This document shows, one piece after another, positions 37,247 to 50,302 of a DNA stretch of 64,000 nt. Below the pieces are notes generated by a model. It had not been told where the DNA came from. It made no database searches and saw only the letters and a program-made list of their open reading frames with translations. The stretch's first letter is position 1, and each line of letters opens with the position of its first letter. The stretch lies in NCBI GenBank assembly GCA_030390025.1, contig CM059425.1, positions 169,572,001 through 169,636,000 of the forward strand. Direction: 5' to 3'. Both the position numbers and the translations under genes were made by a program. Source of the stretch: Squalus acanthias. Lineage: Eukaryota.

Positions 37247-37932
37247 GGGCCCAAAAATGGTCGCGGGGAGCGCAAAGCGCGCTCTTCCCGCGCTCGTTCA
37301 AAGTGGTGCAGGCAGCACGCAAAATTCATGCTGCCTGCTCATTTACATGATTGGAGTGCTGAGCTCATTGCTAAATGCGCTGCTGGCTGGCTTAGCGAAC
37401 AACGGGGGGGGGCGGCGCCAATATCAGGTGCAGTCTACTGGCCAATAAAATTTTGCCTAGGCTCTCTACACTTCTTAAAGAGGCGTTACTTTGTTGCAGA
37501 AGCACCTTTTCTTGTAGATGGTAGAAAGGCTTTGGGGAGTCAGGAGGTGAGACACTCGCTGCAGAATACCTAACCTCTGACCTGCTCTTGTTGCCACAGT
37601 ATTTATGTGGCTGGTCCAGTTAAATAACATTGGTGGGGGGGTCCCTTGTGCAGCTGAACACACGTTCAGCTGTTCATGCAGTCGGCCGTGCAGTTGAGCG
37701 ACGACGTCCAAAATAGCAGGTTGTGCGTCAAATCAGCCTTATATGCTGATTGATGTCACAATCTGACTGATTAGCATTTTTCTGGCGAATGCAGGCAATG
37801 GCTGCGCTGCTGACCTGCCCAAAATGGTGGCCACCACGGACCGCACCAGAAGTGGGTGGAAGCGAGGTTGCCGCTATTTTTTTGCCGAAACTGGCCTTTA
37901 CAGCCAGCGCTAAGGTGCCGAATTTCACGGCC
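37247..37932. mobile_element. Harbinger A/B-family internal-deletion derivative carrying a LINE fragment (37507-37622)
   Basis: Left part matches 20500-20720 and right part matches 24450-24729. Termini gggcccaaaaatgg / aatttcacggcc. Confidence 0.8.
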
Positions 37933-38229
37933 AAAATGTTTAAACATAACACATTCCCAAACCATTTTCCTTTGAAATATTCTGATTTCTGGCGATCTAA
38001 TGGAATTTTCAATTCTTGTCTACTGGGAGAGTAATTCAATCTTTCACCGTCTAGAGGCAGGATATTCATCTATTCTTCCTTGTGGTGTTAGCAGATGACT
38101 TGATCCAATGAAAATGTTGCACATGACTTGTGCTGTTTTAGAGGTTGATGTGCATTCATTTTCTTTACTAGTGAAATGGAGAGGGTAGGGAATGTATCCC
38201 TCGCCAACAGTGTAGGGAGATGCATGAAC

Positions 38230-38645
38230 GATAAGGACTGTTTAGTTAGAAAAGAGGAAATTACGGGGTGAATTGAGAGAAGTGTTTAAAATTCTGAAGT
38301 GATGGGACAGGATTGATGGAATCAGACTGTTTCCAGTGGTTGAGGAGTGTAGAATGAGGGGATATGAAGATTAAATGTAAGAGATGGAGGACAGACAGCA
38401 GAGGAAACATTTTTACACAGAGTTGTGAGGCTGTGGAATGCACTACTGGGGTTAGTATTGGAAGCAGAAGCCATGTCAACATTTAAGAATAGGTTAGATA
38501 GGTGGTTAAAGGAAAGGGGATTAAAGGGATGTAAAAACAACGTGGGCACAAGGGATTAGGCCTACTGCTTGTGTGAAGGATAAACAGTAAAATGGAGCGG
38601 TTGGGCTGATCAGCCTGTTTCGTGTTTTAACCTCTATATAATTCT
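38230..38645 (+). mobile_element. Old CR1 3' fragment
   Basis: Eroded tttttacacagagttgtgaggctgtggaatgcact and 3' UTR. Confidence 0.7.
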
Positions 38646-38812
38646 ACCTAATACGAACTGGTTGCTCACCTCATAATGAATAATCAGTCTGCAAAAACCC
38701 ACATTAAGTAATTGACAACTCAAAAACTGAAGCTAAATTCCAGGAAAATAGAAATTCATATCCTCACAGTACAATCTCATTTTTAACAGACTCAAAAGCT
38801 GTGCTATTAGCA

Positions 38813-41800
38813 GGGTTACAGTAGCATAGAGTTTATGTTACTGGACTAGTAATCCAGAGGCCTGGACTAATGATCCATAGAAACATAGAAACATAGAAGA
38901 TAGGAGCAGGAGTAGGCCATTCGGCCCCTCGAGCCTGCTCCGCCATTCGATGAGATCATGGCTGATCATCTAAACTCAGTACCCTGTACCTGCCTTCTCC
39001 CCATATCCCTTGATACCTTTAGGTTTAAGAAATATATCTAACTCATTCTTGAATATATTTAATGACATGGCCTCAACTACCTTCTGTGGTAGAGAATTCC
39101 ACAGGTTCACCACTCTCTGGGTGAAGAAATTCTTCCTCATTTCTGTCCTAAATGGCTTACCCCTTATCCTTAGATTATGACCCCTGGTTCTGGACTCTCT
39201 GACCATCGGGAACATTCTTCCTGCATCTAGTTTGTCCAGACCTGTCAGAATTTTATATGTTTCGATGAGATCCCCTCTCATTCTTCTATACTCCAGCGAG
39301 TATAAGCCCAATCGACCCAATCTCTCCTCATATGTCATTCCTGCCATCCCAGGTATCAGCCTTGTGAATCTTCGCTGAACTCCTTCCATGGCAAGAACAT
39401 CCTTCCTCAGATAAGGCGACCAAAACTGCACACAGTACTCAAGGTGTGGTCTCACCAAGGCCCTATACAACTGCAGCAGGACATCCCTGTTCCTATACTC
39501 AAACCCTTTCGCTATGAAGGCCAACATACCTTTTGCCTTCTTCACCGCCTGCTGCACCTGCATGCTTACCTTCAGCGACTGGTGCACAAGGACACCCAGG
39601 TCTCGTTGCACTTCCCCTTCTCCCAATCTATTGCCATTCAGATAATAGTCTGCCTTTCTGTTTTTGACACCAAAGTGGATAACCTCGCATTTATCCACGT
39701 TATATTGCATCTGCCACACTTCTGCCCACTCACCCAACCTGTCCAAATCATCCCGGAATTTCTCAGTATCCTCCTCGGAGCACACACGCCCACCCAACTT
39801 TGTGTCATCTGCAAACTTGGAGATATTACATTTAGTTCCCTTATCCAGATCATTAATGTATATTGTGAATAGCTGGGGTCCAAGGACCGATCCCTGCGGT
39901 ACCCCACTAGTCACTGCCTGCCACTCAGAAAAAGACCCATTAATTCCTACTCTCTGCTTTCTGTCCGCCAACCAGTTCTCTATCCAAGTCAATACCTTGC
40001 CCTCAATCCCATGTGCCTTAACTTTACACACTAATCTCTTATGCGGGACCTTATCGAAAGCCTTTTGAAAGTCCAAATACACCACATCTACTGGTTCTCC
40101 CTTATCTATTTTCCCAGTTACATCCTCAAAAAATTCCAGTAGATTAGTCAAGCACTATTTACCTTTTGTAAATCCATGTTGACTTTGTCCGATCCTGTCA
40201 CTGTTTTTCAAGTGCTCAGCTATTACATCCTTTATAATGGACTCTAGCATTTTCCCCACTACCGATGTCAGGCTTACCGGTCTGTAATTCCCCGCTTTCT
40301 CTCTACCACCCTTTTTGAATAGTGGGGTAACATTAGCTACCCTCCAATCCATGGGTACAGTTCCAGATTCCATCGAATGTTGGAAGATGATCAGCAATGC
40401 ATCTACTATTTCTAGGGCCACTTCCTTAAGTACCCTAGGATGTAGATTATCAGGCCCTGGGGATTTATCGGCCTTCAATCCTGTCAATTTCCCTAACACC
40501 ATTTCCCTGCAAATACTGATTTCTTTCAGTTCCTCCCTTTCATCAGACTGTATGTTCTCCAACATCTCTGGGAGGTTATTTGTGTCCTCCTTTGTGAAGA
40601 CAGGACCAAAATATGTATTTAATTGGTCTGCCATTTCTTTGTTCCCCATTATAACTTCCCCCGCTTCTGACTGCAAGGGACCTACACTTGATTTCACTAA
40701 TCTTTTTCTCTTCACATATCTATAAAAGCTCTTACAGTCAGTTTTTATGTTCCCTGAAAGCTTACTTTCATATTCTATTTTCCCCTTCTTAATTAATCCC
40801 TTTGTCCTCCTTTGTTGAATCCTAAACTGCTCCCAATCCTCAGGGTTATCGCTTTTTCTGGCCAATTTATATGCCCTCTCCTTGGATCTTATGCTATCCC
40901 TAATTTCCCTTGTTAGCCACGGTTGAGTCACCCTTTTTGTTTTATTCTTATGCCACACTGGGATGAACGAATTCTGTAGTTCATCCATGCAGTCTTTGAA
41001 TGTTTGCCATTGCCTATCCACCGTCAACCCTTTGAGTGACATTCCCCAATCAATCCTACCCAACTCACGCCTCATACCATCGTAGTTTCCTTTATTTAAA
41101 TTCAGGACCCTAGTCTCTGATTCAACTACTTCACTCTCCATCCTAATGAAGAATTCTATCATATTATGATCACTCTGACCCAAGGGGCCTCGTACAACAA
41201 GATTGCTAATTAATCCTTTCTCGTTACATAATACCCAGTCTAAGATAGCCTGATCTCTGGTTGGTTCCTCGACATATTGTTCCAGAAAACCATTCCGTAA
41301 ACATTCTAGGAATTCCTCCTCCACAGTATTTTTTATTAATTTGGTTAGCCCAATCTATATGTAAATTAAAGTCACCCATGATGACTGCTGTGCCCTTACT
41401 GCATGCTTCTCTAATTTCCCTTTTAATGCCGTCCCCAACCTCCATATTACTGTTTGGAGGTCTATATACCACTCCCACTAATGTTTTCTGCCCCTTGTTA
41501 TTTCTCAGTTCTACCCATACAGATTCCGCATCATCAGAGCTAATATCCTTCCTTTCAATTGTGTTAATCCCCTCTTTAACCAGCAATGCTACCCCACCTC
41601 CCTTTCTTTTTTGCCTATCTTTCCGAAATATTGAATACCCCTGGATGTTGAGTTCCCAGCCTTGGCCACCCTGGAGCCATGTTTCTGTAATCCCAATCAA
41701 ATCGTATTCATTTACCTCTATATGAGACATGAATTCAAATCCCACCATGGCAGTTAATTAAATAAATCTGGAATAAAAAGCTAGTATCAGTAATGGTGAC

Positions 41801-44756
41801 CATGAAACTACCAGATTGTCATAAAAACCCATCTGGTTCACTAATGTCCTTTAGGGAGTGAAATCTGCCGTCCTTACCTGGTCTGGCCTATATGTGACTC
41901 CAGACTCACAGCAATGTGGTTGACTTTTAATTGCCCTCTGAAATGGCTGAGCAAACCACTCAGTTGTACCAAACCGCTATAAAGAAGTATACTATGAATA
42001 AAACTGGACGGACCACCCGGCATCGAACTAGGCACCGGACACGACAAAGGCAAGCCCAGTTGACCCTGCAAAGTTGTCCTCACTAACATCTGGGAGAGCT
42101 GTCCCACAGACCAGTCAAGCAACAGCCTGACATAGTCATACTCGCAGAATCATACCATTCAGCCAATGTCCCAGACTCCTCCATCACCATCCCTGGGTAT
42201 GTCCTGACCCACCAGTATGACAGACCCACCAGAGGTGGGGGCACAGTGGTATAAAGTTGGCAGGGAGTGGCTTTGGGAGTCCTCAACATTGACTTAGGAC
42301 TTCATGAAGTCTCATGGCATCAGGTGAAACATGAGCAAGGAAACCTCCTGCTGATTACCACCTACCATCGTCCCTCAGCTGATGAATCAGTACTCCTCCA
42401 TGTTGAACACCACTTGGAAGAAGCACCGAGGGTAGCAAGGGAACAGAGCGTATTCTGGGTGGGGGTCTTCAATGTCCATCACCAAGAGTGGCTCGGTAGC
42501 ACCACTACTGACCGAGCTGGCCAAGTCCTGAAGGATATAGTCACAAGGAGTGACCACCACACAGCCCTTGTGGAGACGAAGTCCCATCTTCACACTGAGG
42601 AAACTCTTCATCATGTTGTGTGGCACTACCACCGTGCTAAATGGGATATATTCAGAACAGATCTAGTAGCTCAAAAGTGGGCTTCCATGAGGCGCTGTGG
42701 GCCATCATCAGCAGCAGAATTGTATTCCACCACAATCTGTAACCTCATGGCCCGGCATATTCCTCACTTTACCATTACCATCAAGCCAGGGGACCAACCC
42801 TGGTTCAATAAGGAGTGTAGAAGAGCATGCCAGGAGCAGCACCAGGCGTACCTAAAAATGAGGTGCCAACCTGGTGAAGCTACAGCACAGGACTACATGC
42901 ATGCTAAAAAGTAGGAACAGCATACTATAGAACGAGCTAAGCGATCCCACAAGCAACGGATCAGATCAAAGCTCTGCAGTCCTGCCACATCAGTTGTGAA
43001 TGGTGATGGACTATTAAACAACTAACGAGAGGAGGACATGAACATCCCTATCCTCAATGATGGTGGAGCCCAGCACGTGAGTGCAAAAGACAAGGCTGAA
43101 GCATTCACAACCATCTTCAGTCAGAAGTGTCGAATGGTGATCCATCCCAGCCTCCTCCTGAGGTCCCCATCATCACAGAAGCCAGTCTTCAACCAATTTG
43201 GTTCACTCCACGTGATATCAAGAAATGGTTGAACGCACTGGATTCAACAAAGGCTGTGGGCCCTGACTTGTGCTCCAGAACTAGCCACGCCTCTAGCCAA
43301 GCTATTCCAGTACAGCTACGCCACTGGCATCTTCCCGACAATGTGGAAAATTGCCCAGGTATGTCCTGTCCACAAAAAGCAGGACAAATCCAATCCGGCC
43401 AATTACCGCCCCATCAGTCTCCTCTGCAAAGTGATGGAAGGTGTTGTCGACAGTGCTATCAAGCAGCACTTACTCACCAATAACCGGCTCATCGATGCTC
43501 AGTTTGGGTTCCACCAGGACCACTTGGCTTCAGACCACATTACAGCCTTGGTCCAAACATGGACAAAAGAGGTGAATTCCAGAGGTGAGGTGAGAGTGAC
43601 TGCCCTTGACATCAAGGCAGCATTTGACCAAGTGTGGCATCAAGGAGCCCTAGTAAAATTGAAGTCAATGGAAATCAGGGGGAAAACTCTCCAGTGGCTG
43701 GAGTCATACCTAGCACAAAAGAAGATGGTTGTGGTGATTGTAGGTCAATCATCACAGCCCCAGGACATCACTGCAGGAGTTCCTCAGGGCAGTGTCCCAG
43801 GCCCAACCATCTTCAGCTGCTTCATCAATGACCTTCCCTCCAGCATAAGGTCAGATGCGGGGATGTTCGCTGATGATTGCACAGTGTTCAGTTCCATTCC
43901 CAACTCCTCAGAAAATGAAGCAGTCTGTGCCCACATACAGCAAGATCTGGACAGCATTCAGGCTTGGGCTGATAAGTGGCAGGTAAAATTCGTGCCACAC
44001 AAGTGCCAGGCAATTAATATCTCCAAAAAGAGAGTCTAACCACCGCCCCTTGACATTCAACGGCATTACCATCACCGAATCCCCCACCATCAACATCCTG
44101 GGAGTCACCATTGACCAGAAACTTAACTGGACCAGCCACATAAATACTGTGACTACAAGAGCAGGTCAGAGGCTGTGTATTCTGCAGCGAATGTCTCACC
44201 TTTTGACTCCACAAAGCCTTTCCACCATCTACAAGGAACAAGTCAGAAGTGTGATGGAATACTCTCCACTTGCCTGGATAAGTGCAGCTCCAACAACACT
44301 CAAGAAGCTTGACATCATCCAGGACAAAGCAGCCTGCTTGATTGGCTCCCCACCCACCACCTTAAACATTCACTCCCTCCACCACCGGCGCACCGTGACT
44401 GCAGTGTGTACCATCTACAAGATGCACTGCAGCAACTAGCCAAGGCTTCTTCGACAGCACCTCCCAAACCCACAAACTCTGCCACCTAGAAGGACAAGGG
44501 CAGTGGGGGCATGGGAACACTATCACCTCCAAGTTCCCGTCCAAGTCACACACCATCCTGACTTGGAAGTATATCGCCGTTTCTTCATCGTTGTTGGTTC
44601 AAAATCCTGGAACTCCCTCCCTAACAGCACTGTGGGAGTACTTTCACCACACGACTGCAGCGGTTCAAGAAGGCAGCTTACCACAACCTTCTCAAGGGCA
44701 ATTAGGGGTGGGCCCTGCCAGCATGCCCACATCCTATAAATGAATAATTTAAAAAG
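38813..44756 (+). mobile_element. tRNA-headed APE-RT LINE (CR1/L2 superfamily), interrupted by a CR1 at 38878-41723
   Basis: Head at 38813-38877 plus 41724 onward. APE motifs (ILAESY, RGGGTVV, GVFNVH, SDH) start about 42070. RT motifs include NYRPISL, LDIKAAFD, PQGS and FADD. A-rich end. No ORF1 is visible. Confidence 0.85.
38878..41723 (-). mobile_element. Young CR1 (HER1-like) LINE, nearly complete ORF2
   Basis: APE (ITETWL, GDFNLH, SDH) and RT (FADD) lie in ORFs 41224-41748, 40155-41324 and 38976-40151. There is one frameshift near 41330 and one TAG at 40155-40157. Tail is (tttctatg)n. Confidence 0.96.
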
Positions 44757-45417
44757 TTGACTTTCATTTATCTGCTAATTTAGTGAATCCATAAACCCAT
44801 TTACTTTAAATGGATTAATACCTCAATTAAAATATAAGGCAGAGAAATGTCGTATGAACACATTAAGAATTCATATGTTAATTTCGCAAACATTAACCTC
44901 TGAGTTAAATTTTTCTTTTACAGGAAGAACTGACTGGTAACAGGGATTCCAACTCATACCTTCAAACTCATTCTAAAATCTGACATGATCTACAAAATAG
45001 GGAGAGAAACTTGACTCAATACTTCTGAAGTGAAGCAAGAAGCCCTTGGCAATTACAAGGACTAGATCAATAATCTTATACAGTACTTCCCTCTTAATTG
45101 CGTAACATGGTGTCCAGAGCATTTAATGCAATTAAACAAACTCTATTGAAGTGAATGGAGAGTCAATCTCAGATCACTATTGCTTAGTAAAAGGATATAA
45201 ATTTTGGTATTTGGGCTATCATATATTTCTAAAAGAATACAACTGGAAACACTGAAATAATAAAATAATTGTTTTCTCAATTGACTTTTATTATTGCTAC
45301 AAAATGATACATTTATTGTCCTTACCCTGAGATCCATTTGACTATGATGTTGCTGGCTAGATCATTAGGAAAACTATGATGAAGTATGTAAACAAGCTGG
45401 TGGAAATCAAAAAGATA

Positions 45418-45990
45418 CATAAGATCATAAGAATTAGGTGCAGGAGTAGGCCATACGACCCCTCGAGCCTGCTCCACCATTCAATAAGATAATTGCTGAT
45501 CTTCGACCTCAACTCCACTTTCCCGCCTGATCTCCATATCCCTTGATTCCCCTAGAGTCCAAAAATCTATCTATCTCAGCCTTGATTATACTCAACGATT
45601 CAGCATCCACAGCCCTTTGGGATAGAGAATTCCAAAGATTCACAACCCTCCTGAGTGAAAAAATTCCTCCTCAGCTCAGGCTTGAATCTGGCTTGAAAAT
45701 GGCCAACCACTTATCCTGAGACTATGCCCCCGAGTTCTAGACTCTCCAGCCTTGGGAAACAACTTCTCAGCATCTACCCTGTCAATCCTCCTCAGAATCT
45801 TATATGCTTCATCTCTCATTCTTCTAAACTCCAAAGAGTATAGGCCCAATCTACTCAATCTCTCCTCATTGGACAACCCTCTCATCCCAGGATTCAATCT
45901 AATGAACATTCATTGCACCGTCTCTACAGCAAGTATATCCTTCCTCAGACAAGGAGACCAAAATTGTGCACAGTACTCCAGGTGTGGTCT
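45418..45990 (-). mobile_element. CR1 3' fragment
   Basis: RPHLEYCAQFWSP, EERLSRLGLYSLEFRR and a (ttcttatg) tail. Confidence 0.92.
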
Positions 45991-47929
45991 GTAGGTCAGA
46001 AAATCTGCAGGTCAAAAACAATAAATTCATCAAGATTCAATTAATCTGCTTGGCTTTTACTTAGGAAATGATGATGGAAAAAGTAGGAGTTTAGATTCTT
46101 ATACAGTTAAGGATGAAATGCTTGAAACACATGTCTATCCATTGGTCCTCTTGTGTATGCATGCTACAACTGCAGCGTAGGTGTGAAGCAGTTTGGACTT
46201 TGCACTGGCACTAATCTTATGCAGCTGGAATTTCACAAGGGTTCTTCACTGGCGAGATCAGCAGAACATCTGGAGAATTGGAGCTAATAATGGCCGTTTA
46301 TGCTGTTTCTCCAGGTTTGTCATAGATTTTCTGCCGAAGTTAGAGCAGAAGATCGGGAGAGTCCTGCCCAAATGTTCTCCCATGGTGAATGAATGCTCTG
46401 TTATACTACTGCTGTACTGACATGATCACATTTTGTATTTTGGTTTAGAAGAATTGATAAATACTGATGACTTTGTGGAATAACCTTTTTGGATTTGTCT
46501 AAGAAAATCTTAAGCTTCAATGTGTGAGAACCTTCAAAGTAATAGTTGATAAATTATTTAATGCAGTATATTAATATTATAAAAATTGATAATTTTCTTC
46601 ATCAAACTTTTATTAAGTTGTGCTAAGTTAGAAATTGATTATTATTTATATTTCAGCTCTATTTTTAAAGAGCAGTGTTCAGCCACAAAAGGTCAGGGTA
46701 GGCATGCTTGCTTCTTTCCATGAAACTCAATTAATGTACTATTGACTGCTGCATGATTATTGCAAAGTGTGGAAGCTGGAAGGGATAACAGTTATTTCCT
46801 TTACACGCATAATTTCCTTAGTACAAAAGAACAGTACAAAGTCTACCTAGCAAGGTTTTAGTCTTGCCAAATATCAGAAAAAGACTTGCATTTGCGACAC
46901 AACTTATCGCCTCCTCAAGGCCACACAAAATGCTTCACTACCAATTAATTACATTTGAAATCTACTCACGAATTTTATGTGGGCAAATGTGACAGTCAAT
47001 TTTTGCACTGCCTGATCTCACAAACAGCAAATAAAATAAATGACCAATTAATCTGTTTTTGTTGAATTGAGACATTATCCTTTAAACACAGCAAATCATG
47101 TGAGAACACTATAAGTTGACCAACACCGAAGGAAAGAAATACCTGAGCATTGATGAGGAATTATTGGAGATTTTCATGAATTCATAGTTGTCTTTTCCAG
47201 CATCAAAAGAACTAATGTAACTTGTAGCTATCAATAGGAAGGAAAGAAAGAACTTGCATTTATATAGCACCTTTCACATCCTCTGAAAGGCTGCGGACCG
47301 GGTTTCCCAGGTCTCGAGAAACCAGGCAGCTGAAGGGAGGTGGAAGCTGCCAGATCCAGCAGGTAAGTGCTTTTCCAGCACTGCTTGTGGGCCAGGAGGG
47401 GCAGGAGTGCTTCCCCCCTGGGCCCCAAGCAAACCTGTTGCGATCTCGCCCCACTGTGATCGAACGACACCCCCATCCCCCCAGCAATGTCTCTCCCCAG
47501 TGATGTCTCCCCACTGTGATCTCTCCCTTCCTGCCTCCCTCCTTGCTGCTGCGGTCTGAGTTACCCTCACCAACTCTTGATCTTCTTGATTGCCAGGGAC
47601 CATCCCCAGTGGTCCCCAGCTGCTGTCTTGTAGCACAGACTTTACCGCACGGCAGTCGGCTAGCATTCAAATAGAGTAAACATTTTTTAATGAGGTTAAA
47701 TTCAGCAGGACTTCCACCTTCCCAGTATTTCCTGACCTGATTGAGGAGCTAACTCTATCCAATCCCTGAAAACCTTATAGGAGTTGATTTCCCTCAAAGT
47801 GGAATATGTGGTGGTAGGAGGGAATAATAGGAGGTAAGATGGATGCATTTTGATGCATTCTGCCTGATGGAAGTGGGACAGTAACTTCCTGAAAATGGAG
47901 TGGATGCACTTACCACCCCATTCCCACCA

Positions 47930-48684
47930 TCGCTGCAGTGCCCTCCACTGAAAGTCAGCAGCCTTCCACCAGCCGTGCTGAAGGCACTAGGGTAGCACTG
48001 CGTAACATCACTAGGATAGGCAAAGGCACATGCAAGTCACTCACAAGGTGGATTAGTTGATTTTTTGATGTAATATAGGATGCATATGTGGATAAAGTTG
48101 GATTGGAAAGTTTGCTTTGTGGTGGCTTTTATTTCAGCATTGTATCCAAGAGCCCAAGGGGAACTGCAACTAGAGCCCCCAGGACTGGGAGCAAGTGGTG
48201 TTCTCAGAGGCCTTCCTTTAATAGCCAAAGCCTTGCAAATGTTCAGAAGCACTCCCTGCACTCCCTGCACACTTTAACAACTTTTAAAATGTATTACACC
48301 AAGCCACCACTCAAATAAAATATAAAGAAACCAGTCCAAAAGCAAAAATCTAAACTTACCTGAAAGTTGTGTGTGTCCCTTTAAGAAGCGCTGAAAGGGG
48401 GTCCTTTGTACAGCTGCACACACATTCTGCTGTGCGTGCTTTGGAAAGGGCATTAAAAGAAGTGGTGACGTCCAAAATACCAGATTGTGCGTCAATTCAG
48501 GGTTAACATCACAATCTGACTCATCTAAATATCTGGAGCGATGCAGGCAATGGCATTGCTGCCGACCTGCCCAAAATGGAGGCCGCCGCGTTCTGCACCG
48601 AAAGTGAGCGGAAGCGAGGTGGCTGCCATTTTTTCTTCCACACCAGCCTTAACAGCCGGCACAAACAGGCCTAATTTCATGGCC
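47930..48684. mobile_element. Harbinger-family deletion derivative (Myb 3' end plus transposase 5' end)
   Basis: Matches 50655-51734 and element B. Terminus aatttcatggcc. Confidence 0.78.
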
Positions 48685-49551
48685 ATTGTTTTTAATTCAT
48701 CCTGAAGCTTAGATGTATACATTATTGATAACAGTACAAAGTGATTGCAACATTTTCTATGGTTTCCACAAACGGTGCTTGCTTCACATATACTGCACAA
48801 TGAGCTGTGAAAATTTATGCAATCAGCAACTTGATCTAGCAGCCTGGTCCTTAATCCAAAAGAGAAAGAAAAGCTTCAGAAACATGATATGCTGGTCAAA
48901 ATATTCATAACTAAATTAGATACGCAGGAATGTGTTAACGCTGTGATAAAGAATGAACAATTTTTTCAATCAAACTGTATTGTACTGTCACACGAGAAAG
49001 TTAAAAGTGTAATTTCCCCATTAAAAAGAATAACTGCTCAGCGAATTTCTCCAATAAATCATATAGACCAAGACAGAGGTGTCTGATCTCAGCCACAGTG
49101 GCACTGTAATTGGCCTCAGGGGCCTGGGTCAGGGAGGGGAAAAATCAGTAAGGGTTCCTGATCCTGATCACTTATCATTGGCTGTGAAGTGCTTTGGGAA
49201 GTCCTGAGGTTGTGAAAGATGCTGAATAAATGCGAGCTCTTTCCTACATTACTACAGTGACGACTCTTCAAAAGTACTTAATTGACTGTAAAGCACTTTG
49301 GAACATCCTGAGGTAATGAAAGGTGCTAAATAAATGCAAGTCTTTTTTTTCTTTCCATTGCAAAGCATTGGAGAAACAGCACATGCTGCTGCACAGTGGT
49401 AGCAAACAGGCTGGCAATTCTGCACTCAATAATCGCAATGGGGGTGGGTGGAGGTGGACAGAGGAAAAACTGGAGGTACAACGATCCACAACCATTTGCT
49501 AACTTTCTTGCAGCTAGGTTCAGAGTGGAAGTGGCAGAGACTTAAAAGTAA

Positions 49552-50010
49552 AGAAAGAAATAACTCGCATTTATATAGTGTCTTTTACGACCTCAGGATG
49601 TCCCAAAGTGCTTTACAGCCAATGAAGTACTTTTGAAGTGTAGTCACTGTTGTAATGTAGGAAACTCAGCAGCATAGTTTGCGCACAGCAAAGTCCCACA
49701 AACAGCAATGAGATAATGTCCAGATAATCTGTTTCAGTGATACTAGTTGAGGGATAACTGTTTACCAGGACACTGGGGAGAACTCCCTGCTTTTCTTCAA
49801 ATAGTGGCATGGGATCCTTTACATCCACCGGAGAGGGCAGATGAAACCTTGGTTTAACATCTCATCTGAAAGACAGCACCTCCGATAGTGCAGCAATCTC
49901 TCAGTACTGCAGTGAAGTGTCAACCTAGATTATGTGCTCAAATCTCTGGAGTGGGACTTGAATCCACGACCTTCTGATTCAGAGGTGAGAGTGCTCTAAC
50001 TGAGCCACAA
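49552..50010 (-). mobile_element. Deu-domain tRNA SINE
   Basis: Reverse complement of the 17677-18145 family. Extra SINE tail fragments lie at 49175-49352, 46880-47060 and 47240-47285. Confidence 0.85.
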
Positions 50011-50302
50011 AAAGTAGGCCAACTACCCACCTTTCAGCCACAAATACGCCCTGGCGTGGAGACGAGAAGGAGAGAAATTACTTAGGCAGAGTCTTATTCT
50101 CACTAATCCAGACAAAAAGCTGAGTCATAGCATTGTTTAAAAACATTCTTCATGTCACGTGATGTGAAGCTGCATAATGGTCTTGATAGTAATGATCAAT
50201 GGTAAGAATGGAGTAATAATTTTATGCTTATCATCAGTAGCAAGGTCTTGCCTGTCTCCATGATACATAAAAACATCTATCACTATCAATTTTAAAGATC
50301 TC

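Noticed and set aside
39444..40725. Antisense ORFs over CR1 copies
   Set aside because: These are shadow frames of LINE ORF2 that recur in each copy, with no independent evidence of coding.
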